Source of the DNA: Octopus sinensis
Taxonomy: Eukaryota
Assembly: GCF_006345805.1 (NCBI RefSeq)
Contig: NC_043003.1
Span: 18,352,001 to 18,416,000 of the forward strand
Direction: 5' to 3'
Length of the DNA stretch: 64,000 nucleotides
In this document: one piece after another, positions 12,588 through 26,140 of the stretch
Position numbering within the stretch: position 1 is the stretch's first letter
How the letters are laid out: each line of letters begins with the position of its first letter
Position numbers and translations under genes: made by a program
Notes under the pieces: generated by a model
What the model saw: the letters and a program-made list of their open reading frames with translations, nothing else
The model's database searches: none
Told to the model about the DNA's origin: nothing

Positions 12588-12810
12588 TTACAGTAGGTCT
12601 GCTTCGAAGTCTTCCAAGCCTTTGATTTTTGGAGGGAATTTCTCAGATTTAATACCATACAATATATTCCCTGTAGTGTCCTTTCCCTTGTTATAAAAGA
12701 AAGCTTTCCATCTCATGCACTTAATAAGGTCTGTAATTTTCTCCAAAAGCTTTTTAGAGTATAGCTCCCTTGATGGTATAGGTATGTTTTTCATAGAATA
12801 ATCGATGTAG
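12588..12810 (-). pseudogene. N-terminal fragment of a Penelope-like (Naiad-type) reverse transcriptase ORF
   Basis: YSMKNIPIPS..Y.KKL..K....IK.MRWKAFF...YGIKS.K.PP....L.DFE.DL matches the recalled conserved N-terminus of Naiad PLE proteins. Confidence 0.8.
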
Positions 12811-13062
12811 TAGGAGTCGATATTGAATTCTTCTATGGAGCAGAGTCCACAACCGATTTCTGGTGATTTTCCAAAATAAGCTGACATTTTTTCAATGGCA
12901 GCGTGGGTTTCCACCCCGGCATCCGAAACTCAGAGTTTTATCATGGCTACCGAATAATTCTCACATTTTATATTTACAGATAAATTCCTCTATTTACATA
13001 ATATCGAGGTCTCTTTCATTCTTTTGTTGTCTTATCATTTCTATCAATACATATATACATAC

Positions 13063-13123
<61 letters not shown>

Positions 13124-13191
13124 TTTAGAAACAGTTCATTGAAATCAATTATGTATATCTAGTGTTTGGAAATAAGAGAAAAGAAACGCAC

Positions 13192-13356
13192 TTCAGGAGT
13201 GGAATATGAGACAATCTCTGGTGTCTGTTTAGAATTGAACTCCTTGGGAAAGAAGTTTGTATAGTCCCAGATGAGGCACGAGTACCCCCATCAACTCACT
13301 GCTGGTTCATCTTATCATTGACAGCAACTCTTGTAAACGGTGATTATTGTTCTGTT
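13192..13356 (-). other. Candidate 165-nt non-coding exon
   Basis: Long polypyrimidine tract ttcttcttttcag|AACAG...CCTGAA|gtgcgt. Stops in all three frames. Confidence 0.5.
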
Positions 13357-13516
13357 CTGAAAAGAAGAAAAAGAAAATGGTTATGTGAGAGAGAAAGAGG
13401 AAAGAAAGAAAAAAGAAGACTGAGAAAGAAGGAGAAGGGTGAGAGGGAGAGAAAGAGAGAGAGAACGCAAAAGGGGAAGATAGAGAAATGGAACAATTCT
13501 ATAAGATGGAACTAGC

Positions 13517-13740
13517 ACTCTTTTACTCTTTTACTTGTTTCAGTCATTTGACTGTGGTCATGCTGGAGCACCACCATTAGTCAAGCAAATCGACCCCAGG
13601 ACTTATTCTTTGTAAGCCTAGTACTTATTCTATCGGTCTTTTTTGCCGAACTGCTAGGTTCTGGGGATGTAAACACACCAGCATCAGTTGTCAAGTGATG
13701 TTGGGGGGACAAACACAGACACACAAACATACACACACAC

Positions 13741-13781
<41 letters not shown>

Positions 13782-13969
13782 TATACATATAAATATACAT
13801 ATATACGACGGGCTTCTTTCAGTTTCCGTCTACCAAATCCACTCACAAGACTTTAGTCGGCCTGAGGCTATAGTAGAAGACACTTGCCCAAGGTGCCACA
13901 CAGTGAGACTGAACCTGGAACCATGTGGTTCATAAGCAAGCTACTTACCACACAGCCACTCCTACGCCT
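13517..13969 (-). mobile_element. tRNA-derived SINE, family A
   Basis: Full-length match to the copies at 2119 and 43977. Confidence 0.9.
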
Positions 13970-14005
13970 ATGCACTGTGAGGCATTTTATGCCAGTGCAC
14001 TTAAT

Positions 14006-14287
14006 CAGTGGTTCCCCAACTTTTGGGGGCTGCTGCCCCCTTGACATCCAGGCCACATTCCTAGCACTCCCACCCCCAACTAACCTTTCTGAAGTAAATT
14101 CAAAGCAACTGCATTTCACAAATAAAACTTAACCTCATGAACCCATTATTTTGTTGTTTTTACATGAATCACTACCCCATTTTTTACATGAATCGCTACC
14201 CCACTATCACCCCACATCTCTTCAACGCCCCCTTGGAACTTTCCACCACCCCCAGGGGAGCAATTCCATCCACTTTGGGAACCACTG
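14006..14287. mobile_element. hAT-type MITE
   Basis: TIRs CAGTGGTTCCC...GGGAACCACTG. The 8-bp flanks CACTTAAT/TGCTTAAT are consistent with CpG decay of a CGCTTAAT TSD. Confidence 0.85.
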
Positions 14288-14868
14288 TGCTTAATGATCA
14301 GTAGCTCCAAGAACCAGAAGCCATTATAGAAGTGATAGGAAAGACAAAGACCGGAGACAAAACACCTGGGTGCCAGAGGCTGGAATGTATCCATTGGTGA
14401 TTGAGTGTTAATTAGTCAGGTGGTTCTTCTCAGGAATGTGTGTATGGATGTTTGGACAAGTTGTGCAAGCAAATGTGCAAATGATGCATTTGTCATGTAA
14501 TATATTTTTATTTTCCAATTTTCATATTTGAATCACTGCTATTTCTGTTAGCTCACCGCCTTATCAGAAATATAATTTTGAAATGTTCATGGTGTTATAG
14601 GGAAGATCTGACCAAAGACTGCAATTAAAAACACTAGGAGAAAACTTTCCAAATACAAATAAAATGGAAGCATACAACAATAAACATTATTTTCCATCTT
14701 ACTGTTAGTCTTTGTTTCATTTTGAAAAATAAAAATTTCTTTTATGGTTTATCATTGTTTATATTTTGAATTACATATACAAGGGGGCACCAAAATCTTT
14801 TAACTGTTTAGGGCCTCAATGGGTCTTAATCCAACCCTGTATCTGAGACAGGTAAGCTTGCTGGTCAC

Positions 14869-15097
14869 TTAACCTTTTTGTTACCGACCTGGCTGAAACT
14901 GGCTCTAGCTCTGTAATACAAATGTCTTGTTTTCATAAGCTTTGATTTAAAATCTTCCACCAAAACTTAGTCACAATTAATGTTCCTAACACTAGCTTAA
15001 TGACAACTAAGTTATTTTACTAAATTCTTTGTTATATCAAAAATAATTGAGAGAAACACAGAGCATCTCAAAATAAGTACAGCAACGAAAGAGTTAA
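14869..15097. mobile_element. piggyBac-type MITE
   Basis: TTAA-CC...TTAA ends. An inverted second copy lies at 52717-52944. Confidence 0.8.
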
Positions 15098-15439
15098 TAG
15101 TAGTTGGCTGTTTATTGTTGCTGTCATTTTGATGTGATAATAAAAGCAGTGAGAGAAGAAGACCTTGTCAGTTGGGTCATTGTAGTGAAGTAGTGAAAGT
15201 AATAACCCTTCTGTGTTGAAGAAGGGAGATACCCAGGCCAACTGGCCTGGTTATAAAATATAGTTTTCTTAGTGGATGTGTCTCTAGAATAAAGTAGGAC
15301 ACAAACTGTCAAGAATGAACTCTCTGCATTTGCTTATATTACAGAGTTAAGTGACTGATTTAATAAGACGAGGTCATGGAAAGACAAGTAGAACTTTAAG
15401 AAACAAATTTTCTGACTCCTTTGAAGATAAAAAATTTAT

Positions 15440-16155
15440 AGGTGCAGGAGTGGCTGTGTGGTAAGAAGCTTGCTTCCCAACCACATGGTTCCAGGTTCAG
15501 TCCCACTGCGTGGCACTTTGGGCAAATGTCTTCTACTATAGCCTCAGGCTGACCAAAGCCTTGTAAGTGGATTTGGTAGACGGAAACTGAAAGAAGCTTG
15601 TCATGTGTGTATATATATGTGTGTGTATGTGGAGGCCCAATGGCCCAGTGGTTAGGGCAGCGAACTCGCGGTCGTATGATCGCGGTTTCAATCCCCAGAC
15701 CGGGCATTGTGAGTGTTTATTGAGCGAAAACACCTAAAGCTCCATGAGGATCTGGCAGGAGGTGATGGCAATCCCAGCTGTACTCTTTTGCTACAACTTT
15801 CTCTCACTCTTTCTTCTGTTGGCATTCTCGCTTAGCCAGCAGGGTGGTGTCATTTGAAGGCTAAAACAATGTGAAGCGGATTGTGACCAGCGATGTGTAG
15901 CAACATCTGATAGCCTGGTCGGTCATGGTGATCACGGTGATATGTGTGTGTGTGCATATATGTATATATATGTATATATGTATGTATTTCTGTATTTGTG
16001 TTTGTCCCCACCCATCATCACTTGATGACTGATGTTGGCGTGTTTATGACTCTGTAACTTAGTGGTTTGGCAAAAGAGACCGATAGAATAATTACTAGGC
16101 TTACAAAGAATAAGTCCTGGGGTTGATTTGTTCGACTAAAAGCAGGTGCTCCAGA
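15440..16155 (+). mobile_element. Family A SINE with a nested family C-type SINE (15629-15920)
   Basis: The head and tail of family A are separated by a second tRNA-like head GGCCCAGTGGTTAGGG...GGTTTCAATCCC. Confidence 0.85.
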
Positions 16156-17795
16156 ATGAGTGAAATAAGTAAAAAGAAAATGCAAAAAGAAAACAACAAC
16201 AAGGCAAGAAGACTGAAATCTAACAGAAGATAATCGAAAGGTTTAGTGTTCAACTCTTGGCAAAATCTCCAATTAGAAATTTTTAGTTCTTGGGTAACTC
16301 AAATGGGGTTTAATAATATAATTGTGATCTTTCAATGTGGTTGAGCGATCAATTCCAAACAGTCAGAATTCACAGTAAGGATTGTACTGTACATTCTTTT
16401 GATCACTGAATACAAATTGTGGCTCATGTGGCCTCCATTCAGGTGATTTTCCTGGAGTCACCATCTCACCTTTGTGCGTGTCAGTTTGTCACAAAGTTAC
16501 TTATTTACAGCTGAGTGGACTGGTGTAACATGAACTGAAGTATTTTGCTCAAGAACACAATGTGCAGCTGGTCTGGGAATTGAAATCACGATCTCACAAT
16601 CATGACTGCAACACCCCTGGTCCATGCGCCTTCACTATATAATTGTAACACAGTGAACTAACTAAAGCCTTGTGAGTAGATTTGGTAGAGGGAAACTCAA
16701 TGAAGCTTGTATGTATATCATCATCATCATCATCTTCATCATCATCTTCATCATTATTGTTTAACGTCCCTTTTTTCCATGTTGGCATGGGTTGGATGGT
16801 TTGACAAGAACAGACAAGCCACAGAGTTCCATCAGGCTCTATGTGTCTGTTCCGGCATTGTTTTTACAGCTGGATGTCCTTCCTAACACCTAACCACTCA
16901 ACAGAGTGTACTGGGTGATTTCTACATGACATAAGCACCAGTGGGGTTGCCAAGTGCCCAAAAGATAAGACCCCTTAACTAAGCAGCATATAGACAGGAA
17001 GAACAAGCAACGGTGGTAGAGGAAGAGGATCAGGTGTCTTACTGAAGAGGTGACTACACACACACACACAAGTGCACACACACGAACGTGCATGCACACA
17101 CACACTTATAGATATATCATCTTCATTTAAAGTCCATTTTCTATATTGACATGATAATTGTAAATGAGTGTTACTCTTAATACAAGCAGTGTATGTATAT
17201 TTCCAATATCCTGCAAAAACATGTCTGGCCATGAAGAAACGGGTAATGGTTGGTGACAGCAAGGGCATCCAGCCATAGAAAATCTACCTCAATAAACTTC
17301 ATCTGACCCATGCAAGCATGGAAAAGTAGATGTTAAAACAATGGTAGTGGTAGTGGTGGCGGTGGTCATCGTCATCATCATGGTGGCAGCGGTGGTGGTT
17401 TTGGTGCAGTCTTCAGATATATATACCACGTTTTTAGAAATGCTTCTTCAAGTTGAGGGTTTGAAGAGTATAGGTTTTGTGAACATTGTAAATACGAATA
17501 TGAAGTTATTTTTTGACAATAATTTAATCATTTAGTATCGAGACTTTAATATATTCTTTCTTCAAGTAAAAAACTAATACTAACTAAAAATACTCTAAAT
17601 GAATCAAATGAGATTATTAGATAATGGTGAGTAAAACTGGAAAGAATTATTATTCCCAAGATGTTTCTGGAAATAACGAAGATGATGGTTTTTGATAAAA
17701 TTCTTTACGTATTCCTGGCTTTCACTAGTTTTGGCAAGAAACAATTAGTCATTGTAGCTATTAACCACTTCCATTTATATATATATGTGTGTGTG

Positions 17796-17830
<35 letters not shown>

Positions 17831-18336
17831 GTATCATCATCGTTTAATGTCCGCTTTCCATGCTAGCATGGGTTGGACGATTTGACTGAGGGCTGGCGAA
17901 CCAGATGACTGCACTAAGCTCCAATCTGATCTGGCAGAGTTTCTACAGCTGGATGCCCTTCTTAATGCCAGTTATTTTTGACAAAGCCATGGAAGAATGC
18001 AGCTCTTCTAGGAGAAAGATGCTCAGATATAAAACTTGCAGCCAAACTAGTACCAGTTATCTCGCAATAATTGTCATTGGAACCTAATATAGCAACCAAG
18101 AGAATGACAACAGTGTTGTACAAGCTTTGGTTACTTAAATCTAATGACATACAGATGTATCACAGTCATTTCATTTCCTGGTCCATTTGTATTTTAATAA
18201 AGCCCTATGGTGATGGATGTATGATGGGAAAAGGCATATCCTCGCACATGCAGGGATGAAAATAAATCAGAACAAAGAAAATTAATGTTAGACAGTTATT
18301 ATCTGGAAAGATGAAGCTATCACTATATATGTAACA

Positions 18337-18780
18337 TCATCATCATCGTTTAACGTCCGTTTTCCATGCTAACATGGGTTGGACGGTTCAACCAGGGCCT
18401 TGTAAGCCAGGAGGCTGCACCAGGCTCCAGTCTGATCTGGCAGTGTTTCTACAGCTGGATGCCTTTCCTAACATCAACCACTCCATGAGTGTGGCGGGTG
18501 CTTTTTATGTGCCACTGGCACAGGTGCCAGGGGAAGCTGGCAACGGCTACGATCGGTTGGGGATTTTTATGTGCCACCGGCACAGAAGCCAGTCAAGGGA
18601 GCGCTGGCATCGGCCATGTTTGGATGGTGCTTTTTACGTGCCATGGGCACAGGTATCACAACTACAATTTCCATTTGATTTTTATTTTGATATTGATATA
18701 CTTGACTCAATAGGTCTCCTCAAGCACAGCAGGTCGCCCTACGATCCAAGGTAAGCACAGCAGGCTATCTTGTGATCCAA
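18337..18780 (-). mobile_element. Retroelement 3' tail family ending CATGGAAA.CGGACGTTAAA(TGA)n
   Basis: The same tail occurs at about 16750, 17200, 17834, 26735, 28230, 28975 and 31710. Confidence 0.75.
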
Positions 18781-19961
18781 GGTACATATGTACATATGTA
18801 TGTATGCCTGAGTGTATGTATGTATGTATAAATTCATGTATTTATGTAAGTATGTATTCTCTGTTTTTAAATTTAGAGTGAATTTTGACCAGCCATCTAC
18901 TTGGTAGCAAGGGTGTGAAGGAAAGCATCTAGTTTTGCTCATCATCCTTCAAATCTTAAGAAGGTCTTGCAGATCTTTCTAGTCCCAGATATAATGATCA
19001 TTTGTAGGGTATGAATCAAGGATTTGCATTCTCTCCCCAAGAACATCTATGTATGTATATATGTATGTATGTATACTGTGGAGGCACATGGCTTAGTGGT
19101 TAGGGTGTCAGCATCATGATCGTAAGATTGTGGTTTTGATTCCTGGACCGGGCGACACATTGTGTTCTGGAGCAAAACACTTTATTTCATGTTGCTCCAG
19201 TCCACTCAGATGGCAAAAATGAATAACGCTGCGACGGACTGGCGTCCCGTCCAGCTGGGGAACACATACGCCATTGAAACCGGGAAGCCAGGCCCATGAG
19301 CCTGGCTAGGCTTTGAAAGGGCACATCTATTTTTATTATTATGTATGTATACTGGTACCCCATCGGTTATGATGAGGGTTCCAGTTGATCTGATCAATGG
19401 AACAGCCTGCTCATGAAATTAATGTGCATGTGGCTGAGTACTCCACAGACATGTGTACCCTTCATGTAGTTCTCAGGTAGATTCAGATTGACGCAGAATA
19501 TAACAAGGCTGGCCCTTTGGGATACAGGTACTACTCATTTTTGACAGCTGAGTGGACTGGAGCAACATGAAATAAAGTGTCTTGCTCAAGGACACAACGA
19601 GTCGCTGGGAAGTGAGCTCACGACCTTACAATCGTGAGCCGAATACCCTAACCATTAAGCCACACACTTTCGCTACGTATGTATATGACCAAAGCTTGGC
19701 CAAATGGTTAAGAAGTTTGTTTCACAATCACATCATGGGTTCAATCCCAATGTATGTCACTATGAAGAAATGAAGACTCATTGTTCAAACAAATGGAGAA
19801 TTAGTTTGTGTGTGTGTATGTGTGTGTGTGTGTGTGTTTGCATGTGAGTTTGTGACTGTGTTTGTGTGTGTGTGTGCCTTTGTGTATTTCTGTATGTGCA
19901 TTAGGTTGTGTGCATGTGTGTGTATGTGTGCATCTGTGGATTTTTTGAGTGTGTTTGTATG

Positions 19962-20017
<56 letters not shown>

Positions 20018-20099
20018 TATGTGTGTGTGTGTATTTGTACATGTATGTATATATATATATTTATTTATTTATATATATATAAATATATGTAATTATATT

Positions 20100-20525
20100 T
20101 ATATATATGTATACATATAAATATATATATATGTATATATATATATAAATATATCTGTGTGTGTATATATATATATAAATATATATATGTGTATGTGTGT
20201 GTAACTATATAAATGTGTGTGTGACCATCTGCCCTTTGGCAGGTTTTGTTTTCCATCAATGAAAAGTGTCCAAACATCACCAAGCAAGTCTTATGCCCCC
20301 CCCCCCCCCACACCAAACAAGTCTCGTGTCCCCCTCACCAAACAAGTCTTATGGATTTGTTGGTTTAGTCACTAATAGCCCAGCCATAGATGGTTTGTAC
20401 TGAATCACATGATTCACATGGTTACCAAGTAACAGACCACTGGTTATCAGATCTCTGACCTCACAGAAGTGGATGACAAAGAGCGTGTGAACTCATTAGA
20501 GTCAACAAACACCTAACAACCTCTG

Positions 20526-20558
<33 letters not shown>

Positions 20559-21230
20559 AGGATTTCTTTTCCTCAGTTTGTTACTTCATATATATATATA
20601 TATATACATATATAATATATAAGTTGATGAACCACCTATTGCTCTCCTCTATTTTCTTATTGCTATTTATATATATATAAATATATATATATGTATATAT
20701 ATATAAATATATCTGTGTGTGTATATATATATATAAATATATATATGTGTATGTGTGTGTAACTATATAAATGTGTGTGTGACCATCTGCCCTTTGGCAG
20801 GTTTTGTTTTCCATCAATGAAAAGTGTCCAAACATCACCAAGCAAGTCTTATGTCCCCCCCACACCAAACAAGTCTCGTGTCCCCCTCACCAAACAAGTC
20901 TTATGGATTTGTTGGTTTAGTCACTAATAGCCCAGCCATAGATGGTTTGTACTGAATCACATGATTCACATGGTTACCAAGTAACAGACCACTGGTTATC
21001 AGATCTCTGACCTCACAGAAGTGGATGACAAAGAGCGTGTGAACTCATTAGAGTCAACAAACACCTAACAACCTCTGGTGTGTGTGTGTGTATATATATA
21101 TATAAGGATTTCTTTTCCTCAGTTTGTTACTTCATATATATATATATATACATATATAATATATAAGTTGATGAACCACCTATTGCTCTCCTCTATTTTC
21201 TTATTGCTATTTATATATATATATATATAT
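20100..21230. repeat. Tandem duplication, period about 558 bp
   Basis: GTGACCATCTGCCC at 20221 and 20779. The units differ mainly in run lengths. Confidence 0.95.
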
Positions 21231-22684
21231 ACACACACACCATATTTTAACATGTTTAGGGAACCCTATTTTGTCAAAAATTAGGTTAAAATAATATGGG
21301 GGCTTCTTATACACGGGGGGGGGAAACCTTTTTTCAAAATTTTAAGCCCCCCAAATTAGGGGGTTCCTAATACATGAGGATTCTTTATGTACATTAAAAT
21401 ATGGTATATATATATATACATATATATACACAGACACACACAAGTACACACATACATGTGCATGTATGTGTGTATGATTGTATATATGTATATGTGCATG
21501 TATGTGTATGCGTATGAGTATGCGTGTGTGTGTGTTTGTAGTTGTGTGCGTGTGTATTTCTATGAGTGTGTGTACATGTGCATATGTATGTGTTTATGTG
21601 CCTGTATGAGTGTAAGTGCCTGAGTGTGTGTGTGTGTGTGTGTGTGCGTGTGCATGCCCATGCATGTGCACAACTAGCTCTGTATCCCCTCTATTGCAAG
21701 GCACCTATTCTTGTCCCTCCATTCATACACTAACCTCTCATCACCCAGCACAAATCCACCCCACCTCAATACTGCTCCCTGCTCAGTTGAAGGATCTTAT
21801 TTTGCAAGTGTGTGTGTGTGTGTCTGTGTATGTATTTGTGTGTGTGAGTGTGCAGGGTATGGAGAAAGAGACTCTCCATATAGTGTTTGTAGTCTTTGGC
21901 CATTCAACTTCACTTTTGCTTGAAGCCTGTGGCCAGTTTAACAGTTCCAAATATTTAGAGCATGATACTCATGTCACACAAGAGTTTGTCATTCAATAAT
22001 CTGATGTGTCAGTTATCCCCCTGCCCCTGCTCACTCCAGTCACAGAACTCTTCATCAATGTCAACAATAAGTATCCACTGATTCAATTCTTTTTCATACT
22101 GAATTTCTTTTCATGAAATTAATGGATAAATGGTTGAGTCAGCATGACACAACTGAAAAAATTAAACCTTGAAATTTTGAGTAAATTCTATAAATAAAAA
22201 ATGATAGAAAGAAGAGTTGACGTCTAGTACTTTATCTGTTGAGTATGAGTCAAGTTCTGAGTTTAGAGAACTAGAATGAATACTTATTTCTTTACTACCC
22301 ACAAGGGGCTAAACACAGAGGGACAAACACGGACAGACAAATGGATTAAGTCGATTACATCGACACCAGTGCGCAACTGGTACTTAATTTATCGACCCCG
22401 AAAGGATGAAAGGCAAAGTCGATCTGATTATAATCTGAATTTGAACTCAGAACGTAATGGCAGACGAAATACCGCTAAGCATTTTGCCCGGCGTGCTAAT
22501 GTTTCTGCCAGCTCGCCACTATGCAGTACCCTAAAGAATCTGTCAGTTCATTACCATAACTGTTTACCATTCAAACTAGCCATATCTGACCAAACAACCA
22601 AATCCAACTTCTCACATCTACCCTACAAGGTCATTCAAAAAATAAACATTCACATCATCAAACTCTCAAAGCAATGTGATAATA

Positions 22685-23250
22685 CTGGGTTGTCCGGAAA
22701 GTTCATGCCAATTTATAGTAGCTTACCTTTCGACTTATTTTAGAACATGGTTGAGTCCATAAAATAGGATTTGACTACACCTCCATTTAGAGCACAGTTT
22801 AAGCTATCTTTTCGTGGAAGAAGGTTTACGTTCCTATAACCTGTGTTAATTCTGTAACCCTTTAAAATTGACGATAAGAAAGTTCCTTTTCGGCACTTGA
22901 TGCTTTGGGAATCAGACAAAAATTGCTGCAGCTCGGCTGGGATGTGTTACCCCACCTTCCATATTCACCAGATATTGCTCCTTCGGATTTCCACTTATTC
23001 AGGTCTCTGCAGAATAGTCTTAATGGTAGAAATTTCAATTCCTTGGATGACGTAAAAAGATACCTTGATGAATTCTTTGCCATGAAACCACCTCAATTCT
23101 GGGAAGAGGATATTTTCAAGTTAAAGGAAAGATGGAGACACATTGTGCAACAAAATGGTTCATGTTTGGTTGATTAAAAATGTAATGGCAAGTATTTATT
23201 GACCTTTTTCTTTCCTTTAAAAATCAGCACAAACTTTCCGGACAACCTAA
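22685..23250 (+). mobile_element. Internally deleted mariner transposon
   Basis: About 30-bp TIRs (GGTTGTCCGGAAAGTT / AACTTTCCGGACAACC), TA on both sides, inserted within another repeat. Confidence 0.93.
22905..23177 (+). pseudogene. Mariner transposase C-terminal fragment
   Basis: LGWDVLPHLPYSPDIAPSDFHLFRSLQ contains the YSPD(L/I)AP-D mariner motif. Confidence 0.93.
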
Positions 23251-23661
23251 TACATGATTAATTCAAAACAATATGATTAAATAAGCATTACTTTTAACAG
23301 TAATCTGAGTACTAAGGGGTTAATTCTAATATCAGTAGTCCTCAACATTTTGTGCTTCAGCACTTACTGTTACCAAATGGTGTTTTAAAATGCTCCCTTC
23401 CCTGGCTAAAGAGGAATAAGTACTGGGATCAATTTGTTCAGTTAAATCTTTAATGGTGGTACCCAGCATGACCACAGTTCAATTACTGGAACAAGTAAGA
23501 GAATAAAAGAATTATGGAAGGTGTGCATGCTAATTAAGCACATCCAGGATACATGTACTCAAGTTAAATATAATCTGCTTAAGTCATGAACCCCTAATAA
23601 AATATATAATACTATAACTTAGACATTCATTAAATAGCTATTGATAAAATAGGTATTGGAG

Positions 23662-23858
23662 CGAGTCTAGGACATTTACTCCCCATGGACAATAAGCCCC
23701 AAAGGACAATTACCTCTGAGGACAGCAGATGAGGATTTAAAACTTCTTAATATATTGGAGAGGTGGTAATTAACCAAGGGGGGTAATTGTCCTGGGGGTA
23801 GTTGTCATCAGGGGAAATTGTCCTATGGCCGGGGGTGGGGTGTAATTGTCCTGATACG
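23662..23858. mobile_element. MITE with internal GGACAATTACC subrepeats
   Basis: Inverted GGACAWTTA / TAATTGTCC arrays. Flanks ATTGGAGC / ACTGGAGC resemble a TSD. Confidence 0.6.
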
Positions 23859-24039
23859 ACTGGAGCAGCACCGGATTAACCATTGAGGAAAATAATCACA
23901 TGCTTAGGGCATCAAGCTAAGGAGGAGGTACCATAGAAATGGTAAATGGTTTATGGCACAAAAGAAATCACTTTAAACTTGCTAAAATAATCTCTCTCTC
24001 AGTATAAAAGCAAATGTGATACATAAGATTAATTCTGAG

Positions 24040-24186
24040 GGGTTGTGTGGTAAGTAGCTTGCTTACCAACCACATGGTTCCAGGTTCAGTTCCACTGCGT
24101 GGCACCATGTGTCTTCTACTATAGCTGTCAGGCCGACCAAAGCCTTGTGAGTGGATTTGGTAGACGGAAACAGAAAGAAGCCTGTC

Positions 24187-24259
<73 letters not shown>

Positions 24260-24470
24260 CTGTGTTTGTCCCCCCCCCCCCCAACATCGCTTAACAACCG
24301 ATGCTGGTGTGTTTACGCCCCTGTAACTTAGCGGTTTGGCAAAAGAGACTGATAGAATAAGTACTAGGCTTACAAAGAATAAGTCCTGGGGTCAATTTGC
24401 TCGACTAAATGCAGTGCTCCAGCATGGCCGCAGTCAGATGACTGAAACAAGTAAAAGAGTAAAAGAGTAA
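24040..24470 (+). mobile_element. tRNA-derived SINE, family A
   Basis: Full head, core, TA microsatellite and tail structure. Confidence 0.9.
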
Positions 24471-24926
24471 GTATTTTGCAGTTTAAAAAAATAGAAAACT
24501 TTTCAGATATGAATAAAGTGGAAGTAGAATAAAATAAACATTATTTTCCATCTTACAACTAATTTTGTCTAATTTTTAAAAAAAAATCGTTTTATGATTT
24601 ATTGTTGTTAATAGCTGACCCCATGCCATGAAAAATGACGGCTAATTGTAGTATTTTATATATAAAAAGGGTACAAAAAGGTGGAAAAAAATCAGTGCTT
24701 CAAATCTGTGTATGTGTGTGAGTGTGCGTGTATACATTTATATGTATCAGAGGCACAGACTGTAGCAAATACGGTTTTCTATACTTTGTCACAGCTCGTT
24801 TCCTTCCTTTTTAAGTATGTCTGTTTGTGTGTGTGTATGTGTAAGTGCATGTGTCTGCAATTCTATTTTCTATGTATCTTTCTAAATAAACATACACAAA
24901 CATATACACACTCAAATATATAAATA

Positions 24927-24957
<31 letters not shown>

Positions 24958-26103
24958 AACATTCACATTCCTCCCTTTTACATGCACACACATATACTCA
25001 GACAGAGTTGAAGCGCTGTTTGGTTTTTGTTTCACTGTTGACTTTTCACCATCCCACTTCCATCAGATCACCCTTTCCTTTCTCATTCATATGTTGTGAC
25101 AGAGAAATACACAAGAGTATTATTACAGTAGATTATTATCGGAAAAGATAAACAACACTCTCTTTGCCACTTTCTCTCTCTCATTGCTGTTACTTTCACT
25201 CCTCTGTCATGGCTATTACTCTCACTACTTCTCCTTCACTGAATTACTATTTTCTCTCCTTTCCCTTCACCCCTACTGTGTGATTTTGGACACACACACA
25301 CACACTCATACAAATATATAAAAACATTACGCTCGTTATTATATTAGGAGGCAAAAGGCCTGAAATTTGGCAAGAGGGGACTAGTCAATTACATCGACCC
25401 CAAAAGGATGAAAGGCAAAGTTGACCTCAGTGGAATTTGAACATAGAAAGTAATGATGGGCAAAATACTGCTAAGTATATCACCCGGCATGCTAACAATT
25501 CTACCAGCTTTGCTGCTTTATAATAATAATAACAAGAACACTCAGAGAGTGCAAACCTCTGCCAAGGCAACACCAATGTCCTCTCAATGAATAGCCTGAG
25601 ATGATTTTTAAAATGACAATATCTGAAATAAACTCAACTTCCCTCACAAACGAAAATACTAAAAATGAACATGACCACTCTCAAATATTAAGTAAAAAAA
25701 CAAGAAAAATAATCCAGAATCTAATGAGACCATGCTAGTCACAAGGCCAAACATTCCTGAAAGTTTCATCTGAATCCATCCTGCAGTTCTTGAGATATCT
25801 TGTCCACAAACAAACAAACAAACATGACTGGAAACAATACCTCCACTTATGCTAAGGCAGAGGTAATAATCCTTTCTACTGGAAGCACAAGGCCTCAAAT
25901 TTGGGGGAGGGGATTAAGTCGATTACATCGACCCCAGTGTGTAACTGGTACTTACTTAATCGACCCCAAAAGGATGAAAGGCAAAGTCAACCTCGGCGGA
26001 ATTTGTACTCAGAACGCAGTGACAGGCGAAATACCGCCAAGCATTTCATAGAGCACGCTAACAATTCTGCCAGCTTGCCACCTTGATAATAATAATAATA
26101 ATG

Positions 26104-26140
<37 letters not shown>

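Larger units (their letters stand above)
12471..12975 (-). mobile_element. Internally deleted Penelope-like element with inverted terminal segments, inserted in (TA)n
   Basis: 12471-12583 is inverted relative to 12885-12975. They enclose a PLE ORF fragment, with TA runs on both sides. Confidence 0.82.

Noticed and set aside
13270-13310. In-frame TGA after MNQQ (minus strand) as selenocysteine
   Set aside because: No selenoprotein similarity or SECIS seen.
15629-15705. tRNA gene (and similar heads elsewhere)
   Set aside because: The tRNA-like heads run directly into SINE bodies and lack a proper cloverleaf.
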